The notes: generated by a model not told the origin, from the letters alone. Shown: positions 9,754-20,230, counted from the first letter of the stretch. The stretch is 64,000 nt of DNA from Bythopirellula sp. (GCA_965216565.1 OZ244170.1:64001-128000), one strand, 5' to 3'. Numbers and translations are program-made.

Positions 9754-11922
9754 ATGGCAAAAAGTGACGCCGTGTGGGGAATTGACATTGGTCAATGCGC
9801 TCTAAAAGCATTGAAGTGTCGGGCACACGAGAAAGACGATGACCTCATCGTTATCGAAGCGTTCGACTACATCGAGTATCCCAAGATTCTCTCTCAGCCC
9901 GAGGCTGAACCAGAAGAACTCGTCAAGGAAGCACTCGAGCAGTTCTTGTCTCGCAATGAAATTGCCGGAGACAGCGTGGCGCTCGCAGTCGCTGGCCAAA
10001 GTGGTCTGGCACGATTCATCAAACTTCCACCGGTTGAGTCAAAGAAGATCCCGGACATCGTCAAGTACGAAGCCCGTCAGCAAATACCGTTTTCTCTGGA
10101 CGACGTCGTTTGGGACTATCAGCAGCTAACTGGTGGTAGTGAAGAAGATGGATTTGCGCTCGAACCGGAGGTGGGGCTGTTCGCAATGAAGCGCGATCAG
10201 GTCGCTCGTAGCCTGGTCCCACTGGAAGAGGCGGGCATCGAGATCGAATACATCCAGCTCGCACCACTGGCAGTTTACAACTACGTATGTTTCGATCGAC
10301 TGGGCGAACTCAGCAGCGAGCCTTACGACCCCGCCAACCCGCCCGACTCGACAGTCGTCATATCACTGGGCACCGATACGACCGATTTGGTGGTGACCAA
10401 TGGCTACCGTGTGTGGCAACGCAATATACCGATTGGCGGAAATCACTTTACTCGCGCTCTCAGCAAAGAGCTGAAATTAACGTTCGTCAAAGCCGAGCAT
10501 CTTAAACGAAACGCGATGCAGGCCGACGATCCCAAGGCAGTGTTCCAGGCGATGCGGCCCGTGTTTAGCGACTTGCTGGCCGAAATTCAGCGATCCCTGG
10601 GCTATTTTACTAGTATCGATAAGTCGGCAAAAATCGGTGACGTCATCGCACTGGGAAATGCAATGAAGCTGCCGGGGCTGCAAAAATATCTCTCGCAGAA
10701 CCTAGAGCAAGACGTCAAGCCAATCGAAGAGTTTGCGAATTTGTCCGCCGGAAGTGTTAGCGGGCAATCGCAGTTTAAGGAAAACGTGCTTAGCTTCGCG
10801 GTATCTTACGGGCTCTGTGTCCAGGCATTGGGGAAGAGTGAGCTAAAGACGAATCTGTTGCCTGAAGAAATCGTCCGATCTAGATTGATCCGCGCCAAAA
10901 AGCCATGGGCTGTGGCGGGTGCCGCGGCTGTGCTGCTGGGTCTAACGTTCAATTACTTCTCGCATGTGTCTGCCTGGAGCGCTACCCAGGCTGCCGACAT
11001 GTTGTCGGCCGAGTCTCGAGCCAAAAGCGTCAGTAGCACTTCCTCGAATTTCAAAAGCCAAAGCAGCGAAATCCGAGACTTCTTTACCAAGGTGAAACAG
11101 ACGGGTCAGAACTTAGTCAGCAATGTGGACGGCCGCTTGGAGTGGTTGGAACTTATCAAAGCGGTAAACGCTGCCTTGCCTAAAGATGACCGACCGAGTG
11201 ACGAGCGACAAGAAACCACCGAAGACATTCAAAGTCGCAAAGAGTTGCATATCGAATCATTGGACGGTAAGCACTTTGCTAATCTACAGGACGAGTGGTT
11301 TACTCAGGTTCAGGCCGCTTATGCGAAGGCTCAAGGATTGCAGTCCGATCCGAATGCCGGTGGAACCGGTGATCCGAACGCTGGTGGAGGTGGCGAGAGT
11401 TCCGTAGATATTGCCAAGCCTGGTTGGGTAATCCAACTGACTGGATATCATTACCACAATCACGACACGACCAACGATATGGCGAGATTCGTGAAGAATA
11501 CTCTGATCAAATCTTTAGAAGAAGGAACGGTTGAGCTTCCTGATGGACCTAACGGAGAGATGATAGAGGTCAAGCTCTCAGATATCGGCATCAGTCACCC
11601 CTGGATCGTCCAAGATAGCCAGTTGAGTGAAGTAGAAATCCATCCTGAAGAAGGGGTTCTGGGCGAAGGCTCCCAACGGAGCGGTGCTCGGTTTGGCGGT
11701 TTTGGAGAAGAGGGCGGCGGCCGATTCGGTGCGGATCCTGACGAAGAAACAGAACCTATCGAGCTCATCAAACTCAAGCGTTACGACTTTGTGGTTCAGT
11801 TCTGCTGGATTCCAACCACAAGAGCCGAGCGAGAGGAAATTCTTGCTCAGCGCGCTCAAGCAGAAGCAGAACGAGCAGAGCAAGCGGCTGCAGAAGATCA
11901 ACTAGCCAACGACAACGAATAA
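9754..11922 (+). CDS. pilM: Type IV pilus assembly protein PilM fused to a TM + periplasmic (PilN-like) region
   Basis: WGIDIGQCALKA actin-fold start, YEARQQIPF, IGGNHFT, EIQRSLGY; then NLLP motif, TM helix and ~320-aa extension. Confidence 0.85.
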   Translation: MAKSDAVWGIDIGQCALKALKCRAHEKDDDLIVIEAFDYIEYPKILSQPEAEPEELVKEALEQFLSRNEIAGDSVALAVAGQSGLARFIKLPPVESKKIPDIVKYEARQQIPFSLDDVVWDYQQLTGGSEEDGFALEPEVGLFAMKRDQVARSLVPLEEAGIEIEYIQLAPLAVYNYVCFDRLGELSSEPYDPANPPDSTVVISLGTDTTDLVVTNGYRVWQRNIPIGGNHFTRALSKELKLTFVKAEHLKRNAMQADDPKAVFQAMRPVFSDLLAEIQRSLGYFTSIDKSAKIGDVIALGNAMKLPGLQKYLSQNLEQDVKPIEEFANLSAGSVSGQSQFKENVLSFAVSYGLCVQALGKSELKTNLLPEEIVRSRLIRAKKPWAVAGAAAVLLGLTFNYFSHVSAWSATQAADMLSAESRAKSVSSTSSNFKSQSSEIRDFFTKVKQTGQNLVSNVDGRLEWLELIKAVNAALPKDDRPSDERQETTEDIQSRKELHIESLDGKHFANLQDEWFTQVQAAYAKAQGLQSDPNAGGTGDPNAGGGGESSVDIAKPGWVIQLTGYHYHNHDTTNDMARFVKNTLIKSLEEGTVELPDGPNGEMIEVKLSDIGISHPWIVQDSQLSEVEIHPEEGVLGEGSQRSGARFGGFGEEGGGRFGADPDEETEPIELIKLKRYDFVVQFCWIPTTRAEREEILAQRAQAEAERAEQAAAEDQLANDNE

Positions 11923-11932
11923 TAGAATTCTC

Positions 11933-13342
11933 ATGGATAAAGTTAGACTCATCGTAGCAGTCATCTGGCGAGAGCGGTTCTGGGTACTCACTGTGCTAGG
12001 TGTGATTGTTGCTGTTACCTGTTGGCATTTGTCTTCGGGTGAACTCGATAAAGAATTCACCTCAAGAAAATCAGCAATTTCCAGCACGATTACATCGATG
12101 CGAACTTTGAGTCAAGAGACGGATCATCCTAATGATAAGGTGATTGAAGGCGACAAAGAACAAGCGAGAGTTCAGCGCAACAATACTCTCAAACAATGGG
12201 AAACTCTCTACGCTACCCAAAAAGAAGAAGTTCTTAAATGGCCAGCTGATAACCTAAAGCCGGAATTTATCGAGGCAATCGAGGAGCTGAAGTTCCAAGA
12301 TCCGTTCCCGGCAAACCTTCGTGAGAACATGCGGTCCCATTACTGGAATTACATTGGTAAGCGGTTTGACGGCATGCTGGAAATCGTCAAGGCCCTGAAG
12401 ATGGAAGGGTCGAGTGGTCGATCGGGAGGAGCTAGCCGATTTGGAGGCGAGGAGTTTGGCGGCGCCCCAATGATGCGTGGCGGAACGGATGGTGAAGAGA
12501 TCGAGGAAGACTATCTCGTTCAGTGGCTCGATCAAGGTAGTTTGCGAGAAAAGCTTGATTTCGATAGCAAGCCTACCACGCTCCAAATCTGGGTCACCCA
12601 GGAAGACTTGTGGGTGTACGAAACTCTGCTGAACGTCATTGCTAACACGAACGAAAAGGGCGGTGCGACGCGTCCCGACAATGCGGTGGTCCGCACCATT
12701 CTAACGCTGGAGGTGGGCAAAGAAGCAGCCCTGGCGAGTCGGCAGCCGTCCCAAATTCTGATGCCCGGCGGAGAATCTGAGGGAGGAGGCCGGGGCGAAT
12801 TCATGCGGGGCGAGGGTCCCAGCAGCGAATTCATGGGTGGAGGTCGAGAAGAGTTCATGGGAGGGGGGCGAGGATACCCTGGTGGAGAAACCGAGGTGAC
12901 CGACGAAATGGTTCTAGCAGGGCGTTACCTGAATGCCGAAGGCGAACCGTACCCAGGCCAACCGGAAGATCCCGAATTCCGTCGTCTGCCCGTCATCATG
13001 AAACTGGAAATGGACCAGCGTCACCTACCCGATCTGCTTGTTGAATGTGCGAATGCCACGTTGCCGATTGAGGTCGAGTCGGTAAAGATCAACCCCGAAA
13101 AATCGGGAGGCAATTTTTCTTCTGGTTCAAGTAGTTTTGGAGGCAGGCGAGGCAGCGAATTTTCTCGTATGTCTGGCGGCACGGAGGAGACGGTACCCAA
13201 TCCGAATATGGCTACAGTCGAAATTCAGGGTGTTGTTTATATCTACAACGAACCAGACAAGAGTGTCTTATCACTTCCTGGCCTTGAAGAGGAAGAAGAG
13301 CTCGACAACCAGCAGGCAGCAAACCCCACAAACTTGCGATAG
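11933..13342 (+). CDS. Membrane-anchored pilus/secretion accessory protein (PilO-position), Gly-rich
   Basis: N-terminal TM, coiled coil, C-terminal RRLPV...LLVECAN..LPIEV segment; operon position after pilM. Confidence 0.55.
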   Translation: MDKVRLIVAVIWRERFWVLTVLGVIVAVTCWHLSSGELDKEFTSRKSAISSTITSMRTLSQETDHPNDKVIEGDKEQARVQRNNTLKQWETLYATQKEEVLKWPADNLKPEFIEAIEELKFQDPFPANLRENMRSHYWNYIGKRFDGMLEIVKALKMEGSSGRSGGASRFGGEEFGGAPMMRGGTDGEEIEEDYLVQWLDQGSLREKLDFDSKPTTLQIWVTQEDLWVYETLLNVIANTNEKGGATRPDNAVVRTILTLEVGKEAALASRQPSQILMPGGESEGGGRGEFMRGEGPSSEFMGGGREEFMGGGRGYPGGETEVTDEMVLAGRYLNAEGEPYPGQPEDPEFRRLPVIMKLEMDQRHLPDLLVECANATLPIEVESVKINPEKSGGNFSSGSSSFGGRRGSEFSRMSGGTEETVPNPNMATVEIQGVVYIYNEPDKSVLSLPGLEEEEELDNQQAANPTNLR

Positions 13343-13382
13343 ACTTGTTCACAGTAAACGGTAGCAAGAAGGAGCACTCCCC

Positions 13383-15470
13383 ATGGCTAAATTGAAAAGC
13401 GGAAACGCAATTGTACGTTTATTGCTGTCTCATGGGGAAAAGCTGGGCATGCTTGCCATATTGGTTTGCGCTGGAATGCTCTTCTGGTCTGCACTTGGAG
13501 TTGAGAAGCTTGGCGACGATCAAGAACCCCAAGATCTGGTTGGCCTTACCACTCGAGCCAATGAGCAGATCACTAAATCGACGTGGGACACGGTCGACCC
13601 GAATAACAAGGTAGTCGCGGCCCCAGTCAGTATTGGTGCTATGGCCGACATCCCTGCTGATCACTTTCCAACGCTCGATTATCCTCTCAGCCGCCCAGTT
13701 CTTGATCCCATCAGTCTGAGAAAAGATCCTGCCATTCTTAGCGTCGAGGATTTAGAGGTTTACGGAGATTCAGGGCTATGGGCCAGCGCGGAAGAGTCAG
13801 TAATTCGTAGCAACCAACTTCGGGCGATGAAGGAAGCTCAAGAAAAAGCCAAAAAGGCCGAGGCAGCCTTAGAGCGAGAAACTCGGGGTAGGGGCCCAGA
13901 AGGCGGCGAAGGAAGAGGTTCCTCTCTGTTTGGTGGTTCCCCACGAGGCGGTGTGGAAGGCGGAGGAAGATTTGATCGTGAAACCTCACGCTCCCGCAAT
14001 GATGGACCTGTAATCGTCACACCTAATTCTCGGACTTCCCTCCAGGGCTTTGAGGAAATCAACGAAGAGTCCTGGGTCACCATTGTGGGTAGAATCCCAA
14101 TCGAAAAACAAACCAAAGTGTATGAGTCCGCCCTGGAAGATGCCTCAGGATACGATCCTGGCACCGATGTCCCCGTTTACAAGGGCTATGAAGTCGAGCG
14201 AGCAGAAATTACCCATACGGGGCTAGGTGAATGGAAAACCATTGCCCGCGTAAATTCCCGAGTGCTAGAGAAAGAGATCTCGACTTATCCATTCGATGCT
14301 CCGGATTTGATCTCCCAACGATATACGCATCCACTGCTCACGCATCCTTTGCCACCGTTAGTGTTGCGAGATTGGGACCGTCGCGTTACGCATTCAGAGA
14401 TTCCGCTCATCGAGGAGGAAGAACCTGAAGGGTTTGAAGACTTCGAAGAAGGCACCATGGAGGAAGAATCAGATGAAACTGATATGTTTGCACGACGCAG
14501 CAACAATTTCGACGAGGGAGGATTCGGAGAACGCTCAGGTAGAATGACAGGCCGAACGGGACGACGCAGCACACGCGGTGGACGCGGCGGCGCTCGCGGA
14601 ATGCCACGGGGCATGCCGATGAGAGGTATGAGCGAAATGATGGGCGGCGAATTCATGGGCGGAGGCATGGAGCGTGGCGGCAGAGGAGGAATGTCTAGGG
14701 GCCGAGGCTCGGTGGCGGATTTTGTATGGGACGGCCAGACATCGCACGTGTTATTCCGCTATTTCGATAACTCCGTCAAGCCAGGCAGTCGCTATCGCTA
14801 TCGCGTGCGTTTGGCTGTGGCAGACGTCAACGATGAAGTTGACGAGCGGTACCTGGACCAGACGGTTTTAGAGCGTCGCAAACAAATCAAGGTAGCCAGC
14901 CGTAAGGCCTATCAGTTTACCGAATGGAGTGAGCCAAGCCCGATTGCTAGCGTACCCCTGCCAGCACGTGTCCACGTGGCTGGAGCAGAACCCATCAAGC
15001 AGAGCAGTATCGACGACGAACCAGAAGCCGTCATGCTTGTGAAAGCTTTTGACAGCGGTTTGCCGGCGGAATTTGCCAAAAAGGAGAGTTTCCTCCGAGG
15101 TAGCGTGCTCAACCCCCTCGATGAAGCGGACGTCATCTGGACGCAAGTCAGCAGCACCGACGGTTCGGAGCAACCAGAGGAGCTCAAAGAAAAGTTCCAA
15201 TTCCGCACTGGTGTAACCGTGGTAGACATCCGCGGCGGGGAAAAATTGAGTACCAAGAATCGAGATCTTCTTCATCCAGCGAGTGTTCTGTTAATGGACC
15301 CAGCGGGCCGTCTATTCGTTCGAGTCGAGTCAGAGGACGCAGAACCGGTGCAAGAATTTGAAGATGCTAAAGAAGGCCTTACCGCCGACGGAGGCCGCGG
15401 CGGCGGTTTCCAAGGAGGATTTGGTGGTCGAGGTGGACCTGGTGGAGAGTTCTTCGGCGGCGAAGAGTAA
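13383..15470 (+). CDS. Membrane-anchored accessory protein (PilP-position) with RGG/Met-rich tracts
   Basis: AAGGAG RBS, HGEK + TM, FRYFD..VKPG.RYRYRVRL Fn3-like strand; lies between PilO-position gene and secretin. Confidence 0.55.
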   Translation: MAKLKSGNAIVRLLLSHGEKLGMLAILVCAGMLFWSALGVEKLGDDQEPQDLVGLTTRANEQITKSTWDTVDPNNKVVAAPVSIGAMADIPADHFPTLDYPLSRPVLDPISLRKDPAILSVEDLEVYGDSGLWASAEESVIRSNQLRAMKEAQEKAKKAEAALERETRGRGPEGGEGRGSSLFGGSPRGGVEGGGRFDRETSRSRNDGPVIVTPNSRTSLQGFEEINEESWVTIVGRIPIEKQTKVYESALEDASGYDPGTDVPVYKGYEVERAEITHTGLGEWKTIARVNSRVLEKEISTYPFDAPDLISQRYTHPLLTHPLPPLVLRDWDRRVTHSEIPLIEEEEPEGFEDFEEGTMEEESDETDMFARRSNNFDEGGFGERSGRMTGRTGRRSTRGGRGGARGMPRGMPMRGMSEMMGGEFMGGGMERGGRGGMSRGRGSVADFVWDGQTSHVLFRYFDNSVKPGSRYRYRVRLAVADVNDEVDERYLDQTVLERRKQIKVASRKAYQFTEWSEPSPIASVPLPARVHVAGAEPIKQSSIDDEPEAVMLVKAFDSGLPAEFAKKESFLRGSVLNPLDEADVIWTQVSSTDGSEQPEELKEKFQFRTGVTVVDIRGGEKLSTKNRDLLHPASVLLMDPAGRLFVRVESEDAEPVQEFEDAKEGLTADGGRGGGFQGGFGGRGGPGGEFFGGEE

Positions 15471-15855
15471 ATTCCAACCTGGATCACGCGCTGAATTGAT
15501 TTGCTCACACTTCGGTTGATGCGATTCAATCCAGCTAGCGCTCAATTGTCTTGGTACTATCCGCGCGATGCCATTGCTAGCGTTCTAGAGATCTTCGTGC
15601 CCTCTCAGTAATTTTTTCTAGTCGTTTCTTACGACTGCACTTGACGCGAGTCTCTCTCAACTAGTATTTAACGCCCCGCTCAGCGGCAGTTCTGTCGATG
15701 AGCTTGGAAGCTATTCGTAATTAGGGGCGTCTACCATGGGACTGTCTGGGACGATCGCGCCTCGTCAAATTCATAAGTCAGCAATGATTCCTGCGACCAA
15801 AATGTGTCGCGAGACATATTGCCATGTGTGCAAATGTCTCGAAAGGAGAGTAACC

Positions 15856-18800
15856 TTGAATCGGTTAAGCATGAGCGTTAGTCATCTTTCAGCACTAACC
15901 TTCTTTTCAGTGGCAATCGGATTAATCTCGCCTGCGAGCGTAACGTATGGCGCAGAAGAAAAGGCATCGCAATCCGAAGATGCCTCTCGCAGTGTGGACA
16001 ACCTCTTGGTGCAGGTGCGTCAAGCAATGGCGTCCGGTAATCTCCAGCAGGCAGACACACTGTTAAAGCGCGCGGAATCCGCGAAAGTTAGCTACCCTGT
16101 GCTGCACTTTGGTGATACTCCTGCTCGCGTAAGACGCGACTTGGAGAAGCTGCTCGCCAAGGGTTCCCAGGGCAAGGCTAGTGCTCCGACCGAGAGCAAG
16201 AATGCCCAGACAATTATTAACAAATTTGCAACTGGGAGTGACAGTTTCAAAGATCCCTTCCTAGGTAACCGCTACAAATCCGCGGCCAATTCCGCTGGTA
16301 ACGTGACAAATGTGAACGTGCCAGGCGTAGAAGGCACCAACAATCGTAATAAGCAAGCAACGGCCCATTTACTATCGGCTCGACGAGCCCTCGTGGTTGG
16401 AGATGCCGAACAAGCAGAACACTTTCTTGGCCAAGCCAAGCAGACGGGTGCTGTACTCGATACCTCGTCTGATTCACCTGAACGTGTTGCCCAATCGATT
16501 CGCGACTTCAAGGTCTTGAAGTCAACGCGGGACGAGTCAGCAAGTTGGCGTCACGCTTACGCGAAATTCCTGGTCGCACAGGCTGGCGTGTTGATTGAGC
16601 ATGGCGATCTCGATCGGGCCGAGCAGGTTTCGCACGAGGCGGTTGGTCTCGGTGCGTCATTCGAAATTTCTGAAACAACTCCTCAGGACGTGCTGCAGCG
16701 GGTTAGCAAAGTTCGCAGTGGCAGCAGGCTCTCTCAGGTCGAGCTCCCTCAGAAGCAGGCATTTGCCAAATCCAAAATGCAGACCTTGGTATTGCTGGAA
16801 GCAGCACGCTCGGCTTTGTTGTCGGGTGACTTGACCAAGGCGGAAACGCTCGCTGGCGAGGCAAGTCGTCTCCAAGTCCCTGAGTCGCACTTTGCACCGC
16901 AGGAAGACAGTCCAGCCCGATTTGCTGCTGACCTTGAACGGGCACGTGCCGAGTCGACTTCGATTGAATTGGCTGCCTCAAATTCAGGTTCCGACCTGCG
17001 CCTTCCTGGCTTGCCGAGTCCCTCGGAACAGATACCGCATATTGCATCAGCCTTGGAGGATGTACCTACACCATTGCCGGCCGTCGGATTAGAAGAATCC
17101 TTAGTAACTAAAGATCCCTACGCAATTTTCTCCGAGGCCGAACAGGCCCTCCGTCTTGGCAATCGTGAGCAAGCCCTCCAACTGTTTGAAGAGGCCCTTG
17201 AGTACGGCGACCAATTCGACCCACTCACCAAGAAGCGTCTCTACGATCATCTACAAATGCTTTCGAGCGATCGGGGTAGTGCTCAGGCTAGCGATGGTAG
17301 ATCGAGCTCGTTGCTTAATTCTGCCAACTCAAATGTAAAGGTGCTGGCACGCCAGTTGTCTGCAGATGTGGGCCGTCAGCAATCCGAAGCAGCAAAAATC
17401 CGCAGCACAGATCCTGACGGGGCTTTGAAGTTGCTAGACGACATCAGCAAGGAAGTGGCCGATTCGGAACTCGATGAAGGAATGAAACGGCAATTGCAAC
17501 GCCGGATCAGCATGACAGTTGCCGAAACCGAACGATTTATCAAAGACAACAAAGCGGAGCTCGATCTTGATGCCGCCAATCGAGAGGTATTGGATGAGAT
17601 TGAACGTGCTAGGGAGGTAAAGCTCCAGGTACAGCAGCGTCTGGCGGAACTCAACGATCAATACAATCAACTACGTGACGAGCACCGTTACGCCGAGATG
17701 GAAGTTGTCGCCAAGCGGGCGTACGAAATGGCTCCTGAGAATCCAGTTGCTCAGTTGATGTGGACCAATGCCAAGTTCATTCGCCGCGAAATGCTCAATC
17801 AGGAAATTAACCAAAAATCTGAAGAAGGTTTCGCAGGGTTCATGCTGGGTAACAGAGAAACGGCAGCCGAAGCCTCACTTCAGGGCGACAAGCCAATTAC
17901 CTACGATGCAAACACATGGGCAAAGTTGAAAGACCGCAAAGGCTCTACCGATAGGTCTTCTCGACGCACCGCCCGTGAACTGGAGATTCAGGAGAAGCTG
18001 AAAACACCCGTGTTGCCTCGCTACGATGGCACACCACTGGCAGAGGTTGTCGAACAGCTTTCTCAACTAACAGAAGTAAATATTCACCTCGACGAACTTG
18101 GGCTAGGCCAAGAAGGGGTCCGGAGCGACGAGCCAGTGTCACTGAACCTCAAGCGGGAAGTTTCACTTGAGAGTGCTTTGAATTTGATTCTCGAGCCCTT
18201 ACACCTAACCTACATGATCAAAGACGAAGTCCTTAAGATCACCAGCGAAGAATTGCGAGACGGAGATCTCAAGACGAGAACCTACAATGTTGCCGACTTG
18301 GTCATTCCAATTCCCAACTTTGTTCCTAGTTCCGATACAGGTTTGCAAGGTCTCATCAACGATGCTTATGCCGCGTTGCCCCAAAATGTGCGAAACTATG
18401 GGGCTCCCATGGCCATGGTACCTTCGGCCACAGGTGGACCCGCAGGTGGGGACGGTATGATGCCCGGTGGTGTCTTGCCGCAGCAGTTTGCAGCTCCCGG
18501 TGGCGGCACCTCCGTTGATTACGGGCCTGGTGGTCCGGGCAGCCTGGGCGGTGCAGCCAATGCCGACTTCGATTCTTTGATTGATCTGATTGTTTCGACC
18601 GTCGAACACGACAGTTGGATGGAAAATGGTACCGGCGACGGAGAGATTCAGCCGTTTCCTACGAATCTTAGCCTGGTCGTTAGCCAAACCCAGCGGGTCC
18701 ACGAGCAAATCGCCGATCTGCTGGAACAGCTACGTCGACTGCAAGATCTGCAGGTGACAATTGAAGTGCGATTCATCCAGCTCAACGACGATTTCTTTGA

Positions 18801-19740
18801 ACGCATCGGCATCGACTTCGATTTCAATATTGAAGATGAAACGGGAATCGGGCTGGGCTCGATCGGAATTAACGGATCTCCTACCGAGCCTTCCGAGCCA
18901 AGTTCTGTAGTAGGCATCACCGGCAATCCTGACGTCGGAGAGGCGATTGGAGATTTCACGCTCGACCTTGACATTCCGTTCCGAAATAGCTCATTCAATC
19001 TAAGTGCTCCCACCTTGGGGACACCTGCCGACGTGGGTAGTTTTGGTTTCGCAATCCTCAGTGACATCGAAGCGTATTTCTTGATCAATGCTTCGCAAGG
19101 AGATCGTCGATCGAACGTGCTGAGTGCACCTAAGGTCACGCTCTTCAATGGCCAGCAAGCCGTAGTCTTGGACACTGCCTTTATGCCATTTGTGATTAGC
19201 GTGATCCCTGTCGTCGGTGAATTTGCTGCAGCCCAGCAACCGGTAATCGTGGTGCTCTCAGAGGGTACTATGTTGACCGTCCAGGCTGTCGTATCCGACG
19301 ATCGTAGGTACGTGCGTTTGACATTAGTGCCGTTCTTCAGCGAAATCGGTGACGTCGACACCTTCACTTTTGAAGGCTCAGAGACGACAACCACCTCCAG
19401 TGCCAGTTCCGATGAAGACGACGATGGGAACGACGAAACGAACGACGACTCTACAAACGTGGTCCGCAGTGGTACGACGGTTCAGTTGCCGACATTCCAG
19501 GTCATCTCTGTCAGTACGACGGTGAGTGTCCCCGACGGAGGTACAGTACTGCTCGGTGGTATCAAACGCTTAAGCGAGCAACGCAACGAGTTTGGCGTTC
19601 CGCTGCTTAGCAAGGTGCCATACGTCGATCGTCTGTTCCGTAACGTCGGCATTGGTCGTACGACGGAGAGCCTGATGATGATGGTGACTCCTCACATTAT
19701 TATCCAGGAAGAGGAAGAAGAGCGACTGGGCATTGAGTAG
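15856..19740 (+). CDS. Large secretin (GspD/PilQ family) with long helical/TPR-like N-terminus
   Basis: QVTIEVRF, APKVTLFNGQ, TTVSVPDGGTVLLGG, GVPLLSKVPY..RLF, LMMMVTPHII; start TTG 15856 after GAAAGGAG RBS. Confidence 0.9.
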   Translation: MNRLSMSVSHLSALTFFSVAIGLISPASVTYGAEEKASQSEDASRSVDNLLVQVRQAMASGNLQQADTLLKRAESAKVSYPVLHFGDTPARVRRDLEKLLAKGSQGKASAPTESKNAQTIINKFATGSDSFKDPFLGNRYKSAANSAGNVTNVNVPGVEGTNNRNKQATAHLLSARRALVVGDAEQAEHFLGQAKQTGAVLDTSSDSPERVAQSIRDFKVLKSTRDESASWRHAYAKFLVAQAGVLIEHGDLDRAEQVSHEAVGLGASFEISETTPQDVLQRVSKVRSGSRLSQVELPQKQAFAKSKMQTLVLLEAARSALLSGDLTKAETLAGEASRLQVPESHFAPQEDSPARFAADLERARAESTSIELAASNSGSDLRLPGLPSPSEQIPHIASALEDVPTPLPAVGLEESLVTKDPYAIFSEAEQALRLGNREQALQLFEEALEYGDQFDPLTKKRLYDHLQMLSSDRGSAQASDGRSSSLLNSANSNVKVLARQLSADVGRQQSEAAKIRSTDPDGALKLLDDISKEVADSELDEGMKRQLQRRISMTVAETERFIKDNKAELDLDAANREVLDEIERAREVKLQVQQRLAELNDQYNQLRDEHRYAEMEVVAKRAYEMAPENPVAQLMWTNAKFIRREMLNQEINQKSEEGFAGFMLGNRETAAEASLQGDKPITYDANTWAKLKDRKGSTDRSSRRTARELEIQEKLKTPVLPRYDGTPLAEVVEQLSQLTEVNIHLDELGLGQEGVRSDEPVSLNLKREVSLESALNLILEPLHLTYMIKDEVLKITSEELRDGDLKTRTYNVADLVIPIPNFVPSSDTGLQGLINDAYAALPQNVRNYGAPMAMVPSATGGPAGGDGMMPGGVLPQQFAAPGGGTSVDYGPGGPGSLGGAANADFDSLIDLIVSTVEHDSWMENGTGDGEIQPFPTNLSLVVSQTQRVHEQIADLLEQLRRLQDLQVTIEVRFIQLNDDFFERIGIDFDFNIEDETGIGLGSIGINGSPTEPSEPSSVVGITGNPDVGEAIGDFTLDLDIPFRNSSFNLSAPTLGTPADVGSFGFAILSDIEAYFLINASQGDRRSNVLSAPKVTLFNGQQAVVLDTAFMPFVISVIPVVGEFAAAQQPVIVVLSEGTMLTVQAVVSDDRRYVRLTLVPFFSEIGDVDTFTFEGSETTTTSSASSDEDDDGNDETNDDSTNVVRSGTTVQLPTFQVISVSTTVSVPDGGTVLLGGIKRLSEQRNEFGVPLLSKVPYVDRLFRNVGIGRTTESLMMMVTPHIIIQEEEEERLGIE

Positions 19741-19761
19741 TCGTCGCGGTACGATTGGGGG

Positions 19762-20181
19762 ATGAATGCTCCCAGTCGTACGATACTCCCACTCGGTGCT
19801 TTGTCGGCAGCCATGGCTGTCGGCCTCGGGGCCTACGCGGCCCATGGCTTGGACGATTCTCTCGTTGCCAGCGGCTACGAAGAGGATTTGAGCCAGCGGC
19901 TTGCGTGGTTCGAAACGGGCGTCCGTTATCAAATGTACCACTCGCTGGGACTTCTCCTCGTGGGTCTGATAGGAACTCGTTCGATGCCAATATGGGGCAC
20001 CGCTGCTTGTTTTCTACTCGGAATCTTGCTCTTCAGCGGTTCGCTCTACGGCTTGGCGATCTTCTCGTCCGACCACCGTTGGCTGGGAGCGGTAGTGCCG
20101 CTGGGTGGGCTTTCGTTTATCGTCGGTTGGGTGATGCTTGCCTGGCGTTGCTGGCGAGATTCAATACCGTCAGAAGTCTAG
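19762..20181 (+). CDS. DUF423 (YgdD/TMEM256) family membrane protein
   Basis: GAYAAHGL, FETGVRYQMYH, GILLFSGSLY, PLGGLSFIVGW. Confidence 0.92.
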   Translation: MNAPSRTILPLGALSAAMAVGLGAYAAHGLDDSLVASGYEEDLSQRLAWFETGVRYQMYHSLGLLLVGLIGTRSMPIWGTAACFLLGILLFSGSLYGLAIFSSDHRWLGAVVPLGGLSFIVGWVMLAWRCWRDSIPSEV

Positions 20182-20191
20182 TTCCGGCAAT

Positions 20192-20230
20192 AAAAAAGCC
20201 GAGGCCCCATGATTCCCATGGGACCTCGGT
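20192..20230 (-). terminator. Rho-independent terminator of the ECF sigma gene
   Basis: Minus strand accgaggtcccatg-loop-catggggcctcggc followed by TTTTTT. Confidence 0.8.

Noticed and set aside
9408..9767. 119-aa ORF before pilM and the many antisense/alternate-frame ORFs in the track (e.g. 18648-19394, 20496-21137, 49934-50650)
   Set aside because: No protein-like motifs; they overlap well-supported genes or promoter regions and are typical shadow ORFs
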